DNA of 64,000 nucleotides, from contig OZ242383.1 of the NCBI GenBank assembly GCA_965209155.1, positions 4,160,001 to 4,224,000 of the forward strand, written 5' to 3'. The notes beneath the pieces are model-generated. The model searched no databases. It saw only the letters and a list, made by a program, of their open reading frames with translations, and had not been told where the DNA came from. The stretch is from a bacterium (lineage in GTDB: Bacteria > SAR324 > NAC60-12). Positions 17,592 through 28,863 of the stretch are shown here, in pieces (the stretch's first letter is position 1; each line of letters opens with the position of its first letter). Position numbers and translations under genes: made by a program.

Positions 17592-20500
17592 ATGTCAAAG
17601 CCGGATTCCATCCATTTTCCAAATTCCCGGGCAAGGTTCATGTTGGTATTGGAAAAACTTTGGGAAATGCTCCCCGCCGTGATGTTGAAAGATCAATGGC
17701 GTTTCCGAGTTCGCATACGACGTTTGCAAGGATATGAATCCGGAAAAGGCAGGCAGCGTGAGTACGAGCGGTTGCTGAAAAATATGGAGGCTTCAGCAAA
17801 GCTCCGCCAAGAGCGTCTTGAGCAAATTCCAAGGATTTCATACCCTGAAGAACTCCCCATCACTTCATACCGGGAGAGCATTGTTTCCGCCATTCGGGCG
17901 CACCAGGTAGTGATCGTTGCCGGAGAAACCGGTTCCGGAAAAACGACCCAGCTTCCCAAAATGTGTTTGGAAGCCGGTAGAGGAGTTTCCGCCAGAATTG
18001 GCTGCACCCAACCACGGCGAATTGCAGCCACTTCCATGACCCACCGTATCAGCAACGAATTGAATTCAGAAATCGGTAATGCCGTGGGTTATAAAATTCG
18101 CTTTTCTGATTCTTTGTCTCCCCATACTTTCATTCAAATGATGACGGATGGGATCCTTCTCAATGAAATCCAACAAGATCGATTTCTCAATGCTTACGAC
18201 ACGCTCATCGTGGATGAAGCCCACGAACGCTCCCTCAACATCGACTTTCTTTTGGGATACCTGAAACGATTGTTGATGAAACGGCCTGATTTAAAATTGA
18301 TCGTCTCTTCCGCCAACCTGGACATTCCCCGTTTTTCAAATGCCTTCTCCCGTGTTGGGTCACCTCCGGTCCCTGTTATTGAGGTTTCCGGACGGCTTCA
18401 TGCGGTTGAAGTTCAATATCGGCCTGTTGACGAAAAACTCGAAGAACAGGGGGAACAGACCATCTGCGATGCTGTTGTGGAATGTATCCGGGAAATCCTC
18501 GACACCAGTTGGCAAGGAAATATCCTCGCTTTCTTGCCCGGTGAGCAAGAAATACGCGACGTATTGGGTCGCCTCGAATCATTCAGGCAACCCGTGGAAT
18601 TTTTGCCACTTTATGGACGATTGAGCGATCGGGAACAAAATCGTATATTTCAAAATACGACTCGAAGAAAGGTAATCGTTGCCACCAACATTGCGGAAAC
18701 CTCACTGACCATCCCGGGTATCCGCTACGTCATTGATTCCGGGCTTGCGCGTATCAGCCGTTATAGCAACCGTTTCCACACCCAACGTCTCCCAGTGGAA
18801 GTCATCTCCAAAAGCAGCGCGAATCAACGCAAAGGACGAGCAGGACGGGTACAATCCGGAGTATGCATCCGTCTCTATTCGGAAGAAACTTTCAACAAGC
18901 TACCGGAATTCAGCGATCCGGAAATTCTTCGCGCTTCTCTGGCAGAAGTCATTCTGCGCATGAAGTCACTCAGGTTGGGAAACATCCGCGACTTTCCTTT
19001 CATCGATCCCCCGTCTTCTGCGGCAATACGGGAAGGAATCACTCTTTTGAAAGAATTAGGCGCCCTCGATCATTCCGGAAAATTGACAACGCTGGGAAGA
19101 GAAATGGCACGTCTGCCCATAGAACCCCGAACCGCTCGCATGCTTTTGGCAGCTCGTCGGGAACAGGCGCTTTGGGAAGTGCTGGTAATCGCCTCTGCCA
19201 TCTCGATTCAAGACCCCAGAGAATATCCTCTGGAAAAAATCGAGCATGCCCGGCAAATGCACGGCTTATTTATTGATAAAACTTCAGATTTCCTGACGCT
19301 GCTCAATATCTGGAAAAAATTCCACGAAGAATGGGAATTGATTAAAAGCGAAAACAAGATGCGTAAATTCTGTAAACAGCATTTCCTCTCATTCGTTCGC
19401 TTGCGTGAATGGCGCGATATTTTTCGTCAGTTGAGTATTATCCTCAGTGAATTGCCGGACTTCCACCTCGAAGAAGAGTTCAGCAGTTATCGTTCGATCC
19501 ATGTGGCTATTCTTTCGGGTTACCTGCATCAAATCGCCTTGAAAAAAGAGAAAAACCTTTACCAGGCGGCGGGTGGCAAAGAGGTTTTGATTTTTCCAGG
19601 ATCCGGAATATTCAACAAGGGCCGTTCTTGGATTGTGGCGGCGGAATTCGTGGAAACCTCTCGCTTGTATGCTCGCAGGGTGGCCAACATAGAAGTCGAT
19701 TGGCTGGAATCCATTGGCGACAATCTATGCCGTCGATCTTACTCGGAACCTCATTTCGACCCTGATTCCGGCAGTGTGATGGCATATGAGAAAGTCACCC
19801 TGCATGGCCTGGTGATCGTTCCGCGGCGACACGTGTTTTATGGAAAAATCAATCCTGTCGAGGCAACTGCCGTCTTCATAAAGGAAGGATTGGTGGAAGG
19901 GAGACTCCACACCCATCATTCTTTCTTCAATCATAACCTGGCCTTGAAGCGTAAAATGATCCGAAATGGCACCAAAATGAGACGTGACTATGAATTCGAA
20001 GTAGAAGTTGCCATGGAAGATTTTTATTCCAGACGGCTTTTCAATATTGTCTCACTCCACGATTTGAACGGATTGCTCAAACAAAAATCTAAGGAGGGCG
20101 ATCCTGATTTTCTCTACATGACGGAGGAGGATATCGCCCCCAGCTCCTGGGTTTCTCCCCCTGCGGAAGGATTCCCCGATTATTGGATCATCGGTGAACA
20201 TCGATTGAAACTGGAATACCGGTTTACCCCGGAAAAAAACAACGATGGCGTCACTCTCCATGTCCAGGAAAATTTGTTGCCATACCTCGACCCTTATGCT
20301 TTGGATTGGCTCGTCCCCGGACATTGGGAAGAAAAAATCCTCTACCTGTTGAAAGGATTACCCAAAAGACTGCGAAAACAACTCATCCCCCTGCCAAATA
20401 CCGTACAGACGATCATGCAGGAAATGAAGTTCACTCCTTCCAGTTTTTTAACGGCATTGGCAACTCATGTTCAAAAAAAATTTAACCTGCCCATCACCCC

Positions 20501-21578
20501 TGATGATTGGGATGAACGACGAGTGCCGCAATATTTGAAAATTCGCCTGGAAATCCGAGACTGCCAAAACAGACTGGTATCGCATGGACGAAACGTCGTG
20601 GCACTTCTCAAAGAAGGACAGAAACGCATTCGAGAAAAAAATAAGACTGAAAAATTCTTAATTGAACTTCCACAATGGAAAGAAGTTGCGCTTCGATGGG
20701 AACGGAAGAACATCACCAATTGGTCATTTGATAGTCTGCCCCAACGCATCACCATCCCCACCGCCAATGGCGTGCCTTTGTTTGCGTATCCAGGATTGAA
20801 AGCGGACGAGGATGGGATCCACCGTTATCTGTTTCATCATCAATCAGATGCCCGACGCTTCACAAAAACAGCGTTGATGAAATTGTTGGCCCTCAATGCC
20901 GGTTCGGAAATCGCATGGCTGGATCGAGATTTATTGGAATTGCGAGCATTGAAAGAACTCTATCATCCTTTTGGAAATGTGGAACAATTGAAAAAACAGG
21001 CCAAGATTATTCTCCATGAATATCTGTTTAAAGTCCATTGGATTGAAACCAAGGAAGAATTTTTCGCAAAACTCAATCAAGCTCGACATCAATCCAAAGG
21101 GTTATGGCCGCGTTTCAAAAAAGAACTGAAAGGAATTTTGCAACAATATGCTGAAACCCGCCACACGTTGAACAAGTACCTGGCCACCCCCGCATTGGAC
21201 GAATATTATCAAGAGCTTGATCTTCATCTCAACGAGTTGATGCCCCCTGATTTCATTCAATCCACTTCCTTTTTCCAATGGCGGCATATTCCACGCTATT
21301 TGAAAGGAATCAGCATTCGGGCTGAACGGTTGGTGCTCAACCCTGTCAAAGATCATGAAAAATCGGAAAACCTGGCCTCTTATCAGGAACTCTACCTGAA
21401 ATTACAAAGACAAGAAAACCTCTCGCAGTCTCAAAAAATCGCCCTGGAAGAATTGCGTTGGATGCTCGAAGAATTCAAAGTCTCTTTGTTTGCCCCTGAA
21501 CTGAAAACCGCAATTCCCATCTCCGGCAAACGGTTGGACAAGTTTAAGGAAAAACTCCATCTCCCTGTTGAAATTTGA
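17592..21578 (+). CDS. hrpA: ATP-dependent RNA helicase HrpA
   Basis: GETGSGKTTQ, TQPRRIAA, DEAHER, ATNIAETSLT, QRKGRAGR, C-terminal WMLEEFKVSLFA. Confidence 0.96.
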   Translation: MSKPDSIHFPNSRARFMLVLEKLWEMLPAVMLKDQWRFRVRIRRLQGYESGKGRQREYERLLKNMEASAKLRQERLEQIPRISYPEELPITSYRESIVSAIRAHQVVIVAGETGSGKTTQLPKMCLEAGRGVSARIGCTQPRRIAATSMTHRISNELNSEIGNAVGYKIRFSDSLSPHTFIQMMTDGILLNEIQQDRFLNAYDTLIVDEAHERSLNIDFLLGYLKRLLMKRPDLKLIVSSANLDIPRFSNAFSRVGSPPVPVIEVSGRLHAVEVQYRPVDEKLEEQGEQTICDAVVECIREILDTSWQGNILAFLPGEQEIRDVLGRLESFRQPVEFLPLYGRLSDREQNRIFQNTTRRKVIVATNIAETSLTIPGIRYVIDSGLARISRYSNRFHTQRLPVEVISKSSANQRKGRAGRVQSGVCIRLYSEETFNKLPEFSDPEILRASLAEVILRMKSLRLGNIRDFPFIDPPSSAAIREGITLLKELGALDHSGKLTTLGREMARLPIEPRTARMLLAARREQALWEVLVIASAISIQDPREYPLEKIEHARQMHGLFIDKTSDFLTLLNIWKKFHEEWELIKSENKMRKFCKQHFLSFVRLREWRDIFRQLSIILSELPDFHLEEEFSSYRSIHVAILSGYLHQIALKKEKNLYQAAGGKEVLIFPGSGIFNKGRSWIVAAEFVETSRLYARRVANIEVDWLESIGDNLCRRSYSEPHFDPDSGSVMAYEKVTLHGLVIVPRRHVFYGKINPVEATAVFIKEGLVEGRLHTHHSFFNHNLALKRKMIRNGTKMRRDYEFEVEVAMEDFYSRRLFNIVSLHDLNGLLKQKSKEGDPDFLYMTEEDIAPSSWVSPPAEGFPDYWIIGEHRLKLEYRFTPEKNNDGVTLHVQENLLPYLDPYALDWLVPGHWEEKILYLLKGLPKRLRKQLIPLPNTVQTIMQEMKFTPSSFLTALATHVQKKFNLPITPDDWDERRVPQYLKIRLEIRDCQNRLVSHGRNVVALLKEGQKRIREKNKTEKFLIELPQWKEVALRWERKNITNWSFDSLPQRITIPTANGVPLFAYPGLKADEDGIHRYLFHHQSDARRFTKTALMKLLALNAGSEIAWLDRDLLELRALKELYHPFGNVEQLKKQAKIILHEYLFKVHWIETKEEFFAKLNQARHQSKGLWPRFKKELKGILQQYAETRHTLNKYLATPALDEYYQELDLHLNELMPPDFIQSTSFFQWRHIPRYLKGISIRAERLVLNPVKDHEKSENLASYQELYLKLQRQENLSQSQKIALEELRWMLEEFKVSLFAPELKTAIPISGKRLDKFKEKLHLPVEI

Positions 21579-21633
21579 TTGTCCGAACCTTTACGGAATC
21601 CGTGTTTTCTTACACTCAGTCCAGTGAATCAGG

Positions 21634-22200
21634 AGTCATCACCACCGGCAGAGCCGGTGGCTTGAAGAGGCCCCCAGTATGAGGGCAAAACGTGTTCGTC
21701 ATCGTAAGACGTGCTCGTGCTCGTGAACGAAAAAGGCTGCCATCTTAGATCATGAAAAACTCGATGTATACCAATGTTCCATCGAATTTTTAGCGTTGTC
21801 TGTCCAAGTCATCGAAACATTGCCAAAAGGATACTCAGCCTTAGTTGACCAACTGAAAAGGGCCTCATGGTCGATTCCTCTCAATATCGCAGAAGGCTGT
21901 GGAAAAAATTCCTTTCCTGACAAGCAACGATTCTATGCATTTGTCCGAGGTTCCGCAATGGAATGCGCTGCTATTCTCGATGTTTTAAACGTGTTGAAGA
22001 TCATCCAGCCTCCTTTATTTGACGAAGGGAAACAGTTACTTCATCGCATTGTTTCTATGTTAACCAAAATGTGCCGTCGAATTCACTGACCGTTCACGAG
22101 CACGAGCACGGCTCACGGACACGGATACGTTTCTCATGTCTGACCGGCAAAGCCTATTAGGTTCGCACCAGCAGAGCTGGTGGTTTAATGAGATTAATTA
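21634..22200. mobile_element. 567-bp hairpin-ended four-helix-bundle element, copy 2
   Basis: Near-identical to 6450-7016 in length and ends, with different flanks. Confidence 0.88.
21742..22089 (+). pseudogene. Four helix bundle gene with start codon changed ATG>ATC
   Basis: GCTGCCATCTTAGAT versus GCTGCCATGTTAGAT in copies 1 and 3; remainder of frame open. Confidence 0.75.
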
Positions 22201-22208
22201 CAAAACGC

Positions 22209-22252
22209 GTCATTCCTGTCCCGGATCAAGTCCGGGATGACCAGGAATCCAG
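22209..22252. repeat. REP-like palindrome (GTCATTCC...GGAATCCA family)
   Basis: GTCATTCCTGTCCCGGATCAAGTCCGGGATGACCAGGAATCCAG. Related units at ~44954-45010, 50515-50595, 52434-52514, 60391-60848 and 62181-62259. Confidence 0.75.
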
Positions 22253-22473
22253 CGGGACTTGTTTCGTATTCAGGCAAGCAAATATTCTGGAATCTCCAGG
22301 AAACCAAAAGAATTTTGACTTGCTTCAAAGCATATGAAATAATTTTCATGAAGGGAATTTTTACAAAAATTGCAATTCCGTGAATGGAAACGAGGTTCTG
22401 AAGATTTTGCGAAAGAACCAAGCATTCTTTACAGAGTCTTTTTCGTTGTAGACTTTGCGAAGGCAGGCAAACG

Positions 22474-23490
22474 ATGATCAGACCAGGCCCTAAAAACTTA
22501 ATCACCGACGTACCGGGGATCCGGGTGGGAAATGTGGATTCAACGGTTTGGAGAAGCGGTGTGACCAGCATCGTTCCAGAAAAACCGGTAGTGGCAGCCG
22601 TTGACGTCCGCGGTGGGGGACCGGGAACACGTGAAACGGATGCCCTCGATGCAGGATGTCTTGTCGACAAGATTCATGCGATCGTGCTCGGAGGAGGATC
22701 CGCTTTCGGACTGGCTGCCGCCGACGGCGTGATGTGCAACCTTGCGCAACAAAAAATCGGATTTCAACTGGGAAGCGCTATTATTCCCATCGTGCCTGCA
22801 GCCATCCTCTTTGATCTTCTCAATGGCGGGGATAAAAACTGGGGAAAGCGTCCTCCTTACTTCGACATGGGATGGCAGTCGGTGGAAGTATTACGGGATT
22901 CTTTCATGCTGGGCAACGTCGGAGCGGGAATGGGTGCTATCGCAGGCGCTATCAAGGGAGGATTGGGTAGCGCATCCTTTATTTATGATCAAGGATCGGA
23001 GGAAGTGCGCGTCGGTGCTTTGGCTGCGGTGAATTCGGTGGGATCCGTTACCATTCCCGATAGTCCGGTCATGTGGGCAGCTCCCTATGAACAGGACAGT
23101 GAATTGGGAGGGCAAGCAACCATTGATCAGCATTATCAAATGCATCTCGATTTCACTTTCCCTGGTTCGGAAGGAACCCATACCACGTTAGTAGTCGTAG
23201 CCACCAATGTTTCCCTGAACCAATCACAAGCCAAAAGGATCGCCATCATGGCCCAGGACGGTCTGGCACGAGCCATCCGACCCGTCCATTCGCCTTTTGA
23301 CGGTGACAGCGTATTTGTCATGTCCACAGCGGAGAAAAAACTCCCCAATCCTGTCACAGATCTGGCGAAGCTGGGTATGTTGGCTGCCGATTGCGTCACA
23401 AGAGCCATCGCTCGTGGCGTCTTTGAAGCTGAAACACTGGGGGATTGGGAAAGTTATCAATCTCGCTATGGCTCTTCTCTGAACGAATGA
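22474..23490 (+). CDS. P1/S58 family peptidase (DmpA-like L-aminopeptidase/D-esterase)
   Basis: ITDVPGIRVG, DVRGGGPGTRET, GGSAFGL, HTTL, GLARAIRPVHSPFDGD. Confidence 0.92.
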   Translation: MIRPGPKNLITDVPGIRVGNVDSTVWRSGVTSIVPEKPVVAAVDVRGGGPGTRETDALDAGCLVDKIHAIVLGGGSAFGLAAADGVMCNLAQQKIGFQLGSAIIPIVPAAILFDLLNGGDKNWGKRPPYFDMGWQSVEVLRDSFMLGNVGAGMGAIAGAIKGGLGSASFIYDQGSEEVRVGALAAVNSVGSVTIPDSPVMWAAPYEQDSELGGQATIDQHYQMHLDFTFPGSEGTHTTLVVVATNVSLNQSQAKRIAIMAQDGLARAIRPVHSPFDGDSVFVMSTAEKKLPNPVTDLAKLGMLAADCVTRAIARGVFEAETLGDWESYQSRYGSSLNE

Positions 23491-23507
23491 TCAAAAGGAG
23501 CATCGCA

Positions 23508-24998
23508 ATGATATTGAAACGAACCATCAAAGGATTATTGATGGTAGTCGGTCTGGTAATATTCACGCCATTGGTAATGGCAGCAAAAACCCAACTCACG
23601 ATGGGAGTCGTCTTGGAACCTCCCCACCTGGACCCAACAGCTGGTGCCGCCGCCGCCATTGATGAAATCGTCTACGCCAACGTGTTCGAAGGATTGACGC
23701 AAATTGATCAAAACGGCGTCGTACAACCCTCGCTTGCCAGGAGTTGGACCATATCAGAGGATCAATTGACATATACGTTTCGCTTGCATGACGGTGTGAG
23801 ATTTCACGATGGCACGGAGCTGAATGCAGACGATGTGATTTTCTCCCTCGAGCGCGCCACTGCGGAAAACAGCGTAAATGCTCAAAAAAGACTTTTTGAA
23901 CCCATCGCCCGGGTAAAAAAAGACGGAACCCACACGATCATCATCACTTTGAAACGTCCCACTGGAAATTTCCTTTTCAACCTGGGGTGGGGAGATGCGG
24001 TCATCATTGCACCTGAAAGCGCAAGTCAGAATAAATCCCGGCCTATCGGTACCGGGCCATTTAAATTCAGCAAATGGAGCCGAGGGAGCCACATTGAACT
24101 GGTCCGTAACGAGCGCTACTGGGGCACGCCCGTCCGTCTGACGAATGCCATATTCAAAATCATTCCCGACCCTGCCGCCGCCGTGGCTGCCATGTTGGCC
24201 GGGGACGTCGATGCTTTTGCCAATTTTCCGGCACCAGAAAGCCTGCTGCAGTTCCAGACCGACCCACGTTTCCGGGTAGTGATCGGCAACACGGAAGGTG
24301 AAACCATTCTTTCTATCAACAATGCCGTCGTTCCCTTCGATAACCGCAAAGTCCGGCAGGCCATTGCCTATGCTTTAGACCGCCAAGCCATCATTGACGG
24401 CGCCATGTTTGGCTATGGTATACCCATTGGTAGCCATTTTGCCCCCCACCATCCGGCTTACATTGATTTGACGGGACGTTACCCTCACGATTTGGAAACA
24501 GCCAGGCAATTGATGAAAGAAGCAGGTTATGCCAATGGCTTCGAGGCCACCATCAAGCTACCCCCTCCCAGCTACGCTCGGCGTGGCGGAGAAATCATTG
24601 CCGCTCAACTAAAAAAAATCGGCATTGAATTGGAAATCATTCCGGTGGAATGGGCCCAATGGCTGGATCAAGTCTTCAAGAAAACTGATTATCATTTAAC
24701 CATTGTTTCCCATACCGAACCCATGGACATTGGAATCTATGCCCGTGATACATACTATTTCAATTACCACAATGCGCAATTTCAAGCCCTGATGCAGCAA
24801 CTCTCCGAAACCGTTAGCACCCAAAAACGCTATGCCATTTTGGCAGAAGCGCAAAAAATGATCACGGAGGACGCGGTCAATGGTTTTCTGTTCCAATTGG
24901 CCAAACATGGAGTTTGGAATAAAGAGGTCCGGGGACTATGGGAAAATAGCCCGGTACAGGCCAACAATCTCACTCAAGCGTATTGGGCGAATGAATAA
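23508..24998 (+). CDS. ABC transporter substrate-binding protein, family 5
   Basis: Signal peptide, EPPHLDP, LARSW, FHDG, PIGTGPF, VRQAI. Start uncertain (23487 or 23508). Confidence 0.93.
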   Translation: MILKRTIKGLLMVVGLVIFTPLVMAAKTQLTMGVVLEPPHLDPTAGAAAAIDEIVYANVFEGLTQIDQNGVVQPSLARSWTISEDQLTYTFRLHDGVRFHDGTELNADDVIFSLERATAENSVNAQKRLFEPIARVKKDGTHTIIITLKRPTGNFLFNLGWGDAVIIAPESASQNKSRPIGTGPFKFSKWSRGSHIELVRNERYWGTPVRLTNAIFKIIPDPAAAVAAMLAGDVDAFANFPAPESLLQFQTDPRFRVVIGNTEGETILSINNAVVPFDNRKVRQAIAYALDRQAIIDGAMFGYGIPIGSHFAPHHPAYIDLTGRYPHDLETARQLMKEAGYANGFEATIKLPPPSYARRGGEIIAAQLKKIGIELEIIPVEWAQWLDQVFKKTDYHLTIVSHTEPMDIGIYARDTYYFNYHNAQFQALMQQLSETVSTQKRYAILAEAQKMITEDAVNGFLFQLAKHGVWNKEVRGLWENSPVQANNLTQAYWANE

Positions 24999-25001
24999 GG
25001 G

Positions 25002-25955
25002 ATGAGTTTTTTTTTATTGAAACGGTTGATCTCCCTGGCCCTTTCATTGATGGTGGCCAGTTTGGTGATTTTCGTCGTCCTGGAAATCCTTCCGGGCGAT
25101 CCCGCCTCCTTTATGCTGGGATTGGAGGCACGGGAAGACACTTTGGCTGCCTTGCGAACGCAACTGGGATTGGATAAACCCGCAATTCTTCGCTATTTCA
25201 ATTGGATCAAAGGCTTATTGAGTGGTGACTTGGGGATGAGCTACACTTACGACGTCCCCGTTTCCGAATTGATCCTGGAACGCGTGGTGGTCAGCCTCCC
25301 CCTGGCGCTTTTTGCGATGTTCCTCTCCATATCGATTGCTATTCCTCTGGGAGTGCTTGCCGCTTCCCGCCATAACAAAATCCAGGACTTGATCATCATG
25401 GGTCTTTCCCAGCTTGGCATCGCCATCCCCAATTTCTGGTTTGCCATGTTGCTGACGATCGTTTTTGCTGTCGTCTTACAATGGTTACCTGCCGGCGGAT
25501 TCCCCGGATGGGATGCCGGACTGGTTCCGGCTTTGATTGCTTTTGTGATGCCGACCATCGCCTTGGCGCTGCCGCAATCGGCGATCCTGGCCCGAGTGAC
25601 CCGCTCTGCCCTGTTAGACGTGCTGCAGGAAGACTATATGCGCACCGCTCGTGCCAAAGGGCTCAGCCAGGGTGCCGCTCTTTGGCGCCATGCCCTGCGC
25701 AATGCGATGATTCCGGTTGTCACAATTCTGGGTCTGCAATTTTCCTTTCTCCTGGCAGGAACCATCATTATTGAAAACGTCTTTTACCTTCCCGGCATCG
25801 GACGGCTCATCTTCCAGGCAATTTCACAGAGGGATTTGATCGTAGTCAAAGATCTGGTGGTATTGCTCTCTGCCACGGTGATTCTCATCAATTTTGCCGT
25901 CGACGTCTTGTATGCCGTGATTGATCCACGACTGAAAGGATTCGACCATGGGTAG
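25002..25955 (+). CDS. ABC transporter permease (DppB-like)
   Basis: PGDPA, DYMRTARAKGL, HALRNA. Confidence 0.93.
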   Translation: MSFFLLKRLISLALSLMVASLVIFVVLEILPGDPASFMLGLEAREDTLAALRTQLGLDKPAILRYFNWIKGLLSGDLGMSYTYDVPVSELILERVVVSLPLALFAMFLSISIAIPLGVLAASRHNKIQDLIIMGLSQLGIAIPNFWFAMLLTIVFAVVLQWLPAGGFPGWDAGLVPALIAFVMPTIALALPQSAILARVTRSALLDVLQEDYMRTARAKGLSQGAALWRHALRNAMIPVVTILGLQFSFLLAGTIIIENVFYLPGIGRLIFQAISQRDLIVVKDLVVLLSATVILINFAVDVLYAVIDPRLKGFDHG

Positions 25956-26796
25956 ACGTCTCCGGGAAGTGCTACGGGAGGGAAGGCACCACCGCAACTT
26001 TATCATTGGTGGATACCTGACTTTGCTTTTTTTTCTGGTTGCCCTGCTCTCTTATGCCTGGACGCCCCATTCCATCGATGACTTTGATATTGCCGCCAAT
26101 TTCTCCTCACCCGATCTTCAATATTGGTTGGGTACCGACCATTACGGTCGAGATGTTGTTTCCATGCTGATGATTGGAGCCAGAAACTCAGTGATGGTGG
26201 CCTTCGTCGCCATCGGCATTGGTGCCGGTCTCGGAGTGCCATTGGGTTTGATTGCTGCTGCAAAAAAAGGCTGGATCGATGAATTGATCATGAGACTCAA
26301 TGATTTCACTTTCGCCTTTCCCGCACTGATTTCGGCGATCATGATTACCGCCATTTTGGGACCTGGAGCTTTGAATTCCATCATTGCCATTGGCATATTC
26401 AATATCCCGGTTTTTGCTCGGGTCACACGGGGTTCCGCATTGAGTATCTGGACGAGAGAATTCATCCTGGCTGCCCGTAGTGCGGGGAAAGGAAGCGCTC
26501 GCATCTCCCTCGAGCACATTCTACCCAATATTTTCAGTATTCTGATCGTACAAGCAACCATTCAATTCGCCCTCGGAATCCTGGCCGAAGCCGGACTGAG
26601 TTACTTGGGCTTGGGGACCCAACCTCCGGTTCCGAGTTGGGGAAAAATGCTGAATGATGCTCAGACCTTGATATTTATTGCACCCCAGCTTGCAGTTTAT
26701 CCGGGGGTTGCCATTGGCTTGACGGTACTCGGTTTAAATCTCTTCGGTGACGGTTTGCGGGACGTCCTCGATCCCAAGTTGCGTCGAAGTCGATGA
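25948..26796 (+). CDS. ABC transporter permease (DppC-like)
   Basis: LGTDHYGRD, HILPN, PSWGKML, GDGLRDVLDP. Confidence 0.93.
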   Translation: MGRRLREVLREGRHHRNFIIGGYLTLLFFLVALLSYAWTPHSIDDFDIAANFSSPDLQYWLGTDHYGRDVVSMLMIGARNSVMVAFVAIGIGAGLGVPLGLIAAAKKGWIDELIMRLNDFTFAFPALISAIMITAILGPGALNSIIAIGIFNIPVFARVTRGSALSIWTREFILAARSAGKGSARISLEHILPNIFSILIVQATIQFALGILAEAGLSYLGLGTQPPVPSWGKMLNDAQTLIFIAPQLAVYPGVAIGLTVLGLNLFGDGLRDVLDPKLRRSR

Positions 26797-26898
26797 TTCT
26801 GCGCTCCCGAAATTCTCCCCAGTAACCAAGAAGGAATCGAGATTTCATGAATGCAAATAAACCAGATTCTTATTTTTAACCCGGTTTGATTCAGCCAA

Positions 26899-27882
26899 AT
26901 GTCCCTGATTGAAGTGAAGAACCTGTCGCTTGCGCTGGAAACGCCACAAGGCAAGTTGGATTTGATCCAGCATGTGGAATTTTCCCTCGATCCAGGAGAA
27001 AAACTGGGCATAGTCGGAGAATCGGGGTGCGGAAAATCCTTAACCGCCCTTGCCATTATGGCATTACTTCCCCGGACCATTTCAGTGCAAGGAGATATTC
27101 AATTTCAGGGAGAAAGTTTAGTGGAGATGCCGGAAAAGCGTATGCAAGAGATCCGCGGAAATCGCATCGCTATGATTTTTCAGGAACCCATGAACTCCCT
27201 CAATCCTGTTCAAACCATTGGATCTCAAATTGCCGAAGGGTTGAGGTGGCACTATGGTTTGAATAAAAGTGATGCGGTTGACAAAACCCGAACTGTGATG
27301 GATCGTGTGGGGTTGCCGGTCTCCCGTATTTCCTTGAAGCTCTATCCCCACCAACTTTCCGGGGGACAACGGCAAAGGGTGATGATTGCGCTGGCCATTG
27401 CCTGCGAACCGGATCTTTTAATTGCAGACGAACCCACCACCGCCTTGGATGTTACTGTTCAGGAAACGATCCTGGAGTTGATCAATGATATTGCCGAAAA
27501 ATCGGGGATGGGGTTGATCATGATCAGTCATGATCTCGGGGTCATAGCGCAAACTACGGAACAGGTGATGGTGATGTATGCCGGAAATACCGTGGAAAGC
27601 GGGACGACCCCGGATATATTTGCAGATATGCGCCACCCTTATACTTACGGACTTTTTGCCTCCATGCCCAGACCAATGTCCGAAGAATCAGACGAAAGGT
27701 CGCCATTGTACAGCATACCGGGTCAGGTTCCAGGAGCTGGAGCCCGGCTGCTGGGGTGTCCATTCATCGAACGCTGTTTTAAAGCAAAGGAAGATTGTCG
27801 GCAACACAAACCACCCCTGCAGGTGTTGACTCACGAACACAAAGTGGCTTGCTATCACCCTTTGATGAAAAGTGGTGCATAA
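26899..27882 (+). CDS. ABC transporter ATP-binding protein (DppD-like)
   Basis: [29 protein letters not shown]-terminal Cys motif. Confidence 0.95.
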   Translation: MSLIEVKNLSLALETPQGKLDLIQHVEFSLDPGEKLGIVGESGCGKSLTALAIMALLPRTISVQGDIQFQGESLVEMPEKRMQEIRGNRIAMIFQEPMNSLNPVQTIGSQIAEGLRWHYGLNKSDAVDKTRTVMDRVGLPVSRISLKLYPHQLSGGQRQRVMIALAIACEPDLLIADEPTTALDVTVQETILELINDIAEKSGMGLIMISHDLGVIAQTTEQVMVMYAGNTVESGTTPDIFADMRHPYTYGLFASMPRPMSEESDERSPLYSIPGQVPGAGARLLGCPFIERCFKAKEDCRQHKPPLQVLTHEHKVACYHPLMKSGA

Positions 27883-28841
27883 TGAGTGGGGTCTTGCTGA
27901 AAGTTGAAAATGTCAAAAAAGACTACTTGCTTCCAAAAACTCATTTGTTTCAGCCTCCTCCTGTTTTTCGCGCTCTTCATGGTGTGAGCCTTGAAATCCC
28001 CAAGGGCACCAATTTTGGAATCGTGGGAGAATCAGGGTGTGGCAAATCCACTTTAGCCCGTATTGCATCGGGACTGGATACTCCGACTGAAGGGACCGTA
28101 TATTTTGAAGATCAAGATATTTTTCGTATACCAGCCAAAACACTGAGACGTTTACGCAGTCAATTTCAGATGATTTTTCAGGATCCTTATGGATCGCTCA
28201 ATCCCCGGCATACTGTCTTGCGTATTGTCTCCGAACCTCTTGACACCCTCGCTGAAAAACCGGGTATGAAGGAAAAAAAGGAAAGAGTACGATCTCTATT
28301 GCAAGAAGTTGGATTGACCGATGGTGACTTGGACAAGTTCCCACACGAATTCTCCGGAGGCCAACGACAACGGATTGCCATCGCCAGAGCATTGATCACT
28401 CACCCCTTCTTGATTGTGGCAGATGAAGCGGTTTCCGCTCTGGATGTTTCGGTGCAAGCTCAAGTCTTGAATTTGATGATGGCCTTACAGGAAAAATACG
28501 AACTGACTTATATGTTTATCAGCCATGATTTAAGTGTTGTGGAATACCTTTGCGATGAAACAGCAGTGCTCTTTTCAGGGAGGATTGTTGAAATGGGAAA
28601 AACTCGCGACTTATTTCAAAATGCATTGCATCCCTACTCCCGTCTCCTAATAAACGCCATACCGGTACCTGATCCATCACATAAAAAGAAAAAAAATCCA
28701 CCGGTTCCAGTACGGAGGAAAGATGTGAATACGGGTTGCCCCTTCAAGTCACGCTGCAATCTGGCCACGGAAATTTGCTTCCAAACCATGCCGGAATTGC
28801 GTCCAATCAACCGGCAACGAGTGGCCTGTCATCATATTTGA
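27882..28841 (+). CDS. ABC transporter ATP-binding protein (DppF-like)
   Basis: [31 protein letters not shown] at 27882 overlaps the upstream stop. Confidence 0.94.
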   Translation: MSGVLLKVENVKKDYLLPKTHLFQPPPVFRALHGVSLEIPKGTNFGIVGESGCGKSTLARIASGLDTPTEGTVYFEDQDIFRIPAKTLRRLRSQFQMIFQDPYGSLNPRHTVLRIVSEPLDTLAEKPGMKEKKERVRSLLQEVGLTDGDLDKFPHEFSGGQRQRIAIARALITHPFLIVADEAVSALDVSVQAQVLNLMMALQEKYELTYMFISHDLSVVEYLCDETAVLFSGRIVEMGKTRDLFQNALHPYSRLLINAIPVPDPSHKKKKNPPVPVRRKDVNTGCPFKSRCNLATEICFQTMPELRPINRQRVACHHI

Positions 28842-28863
28842 TCAGGAGAAACACTCCGAGTGT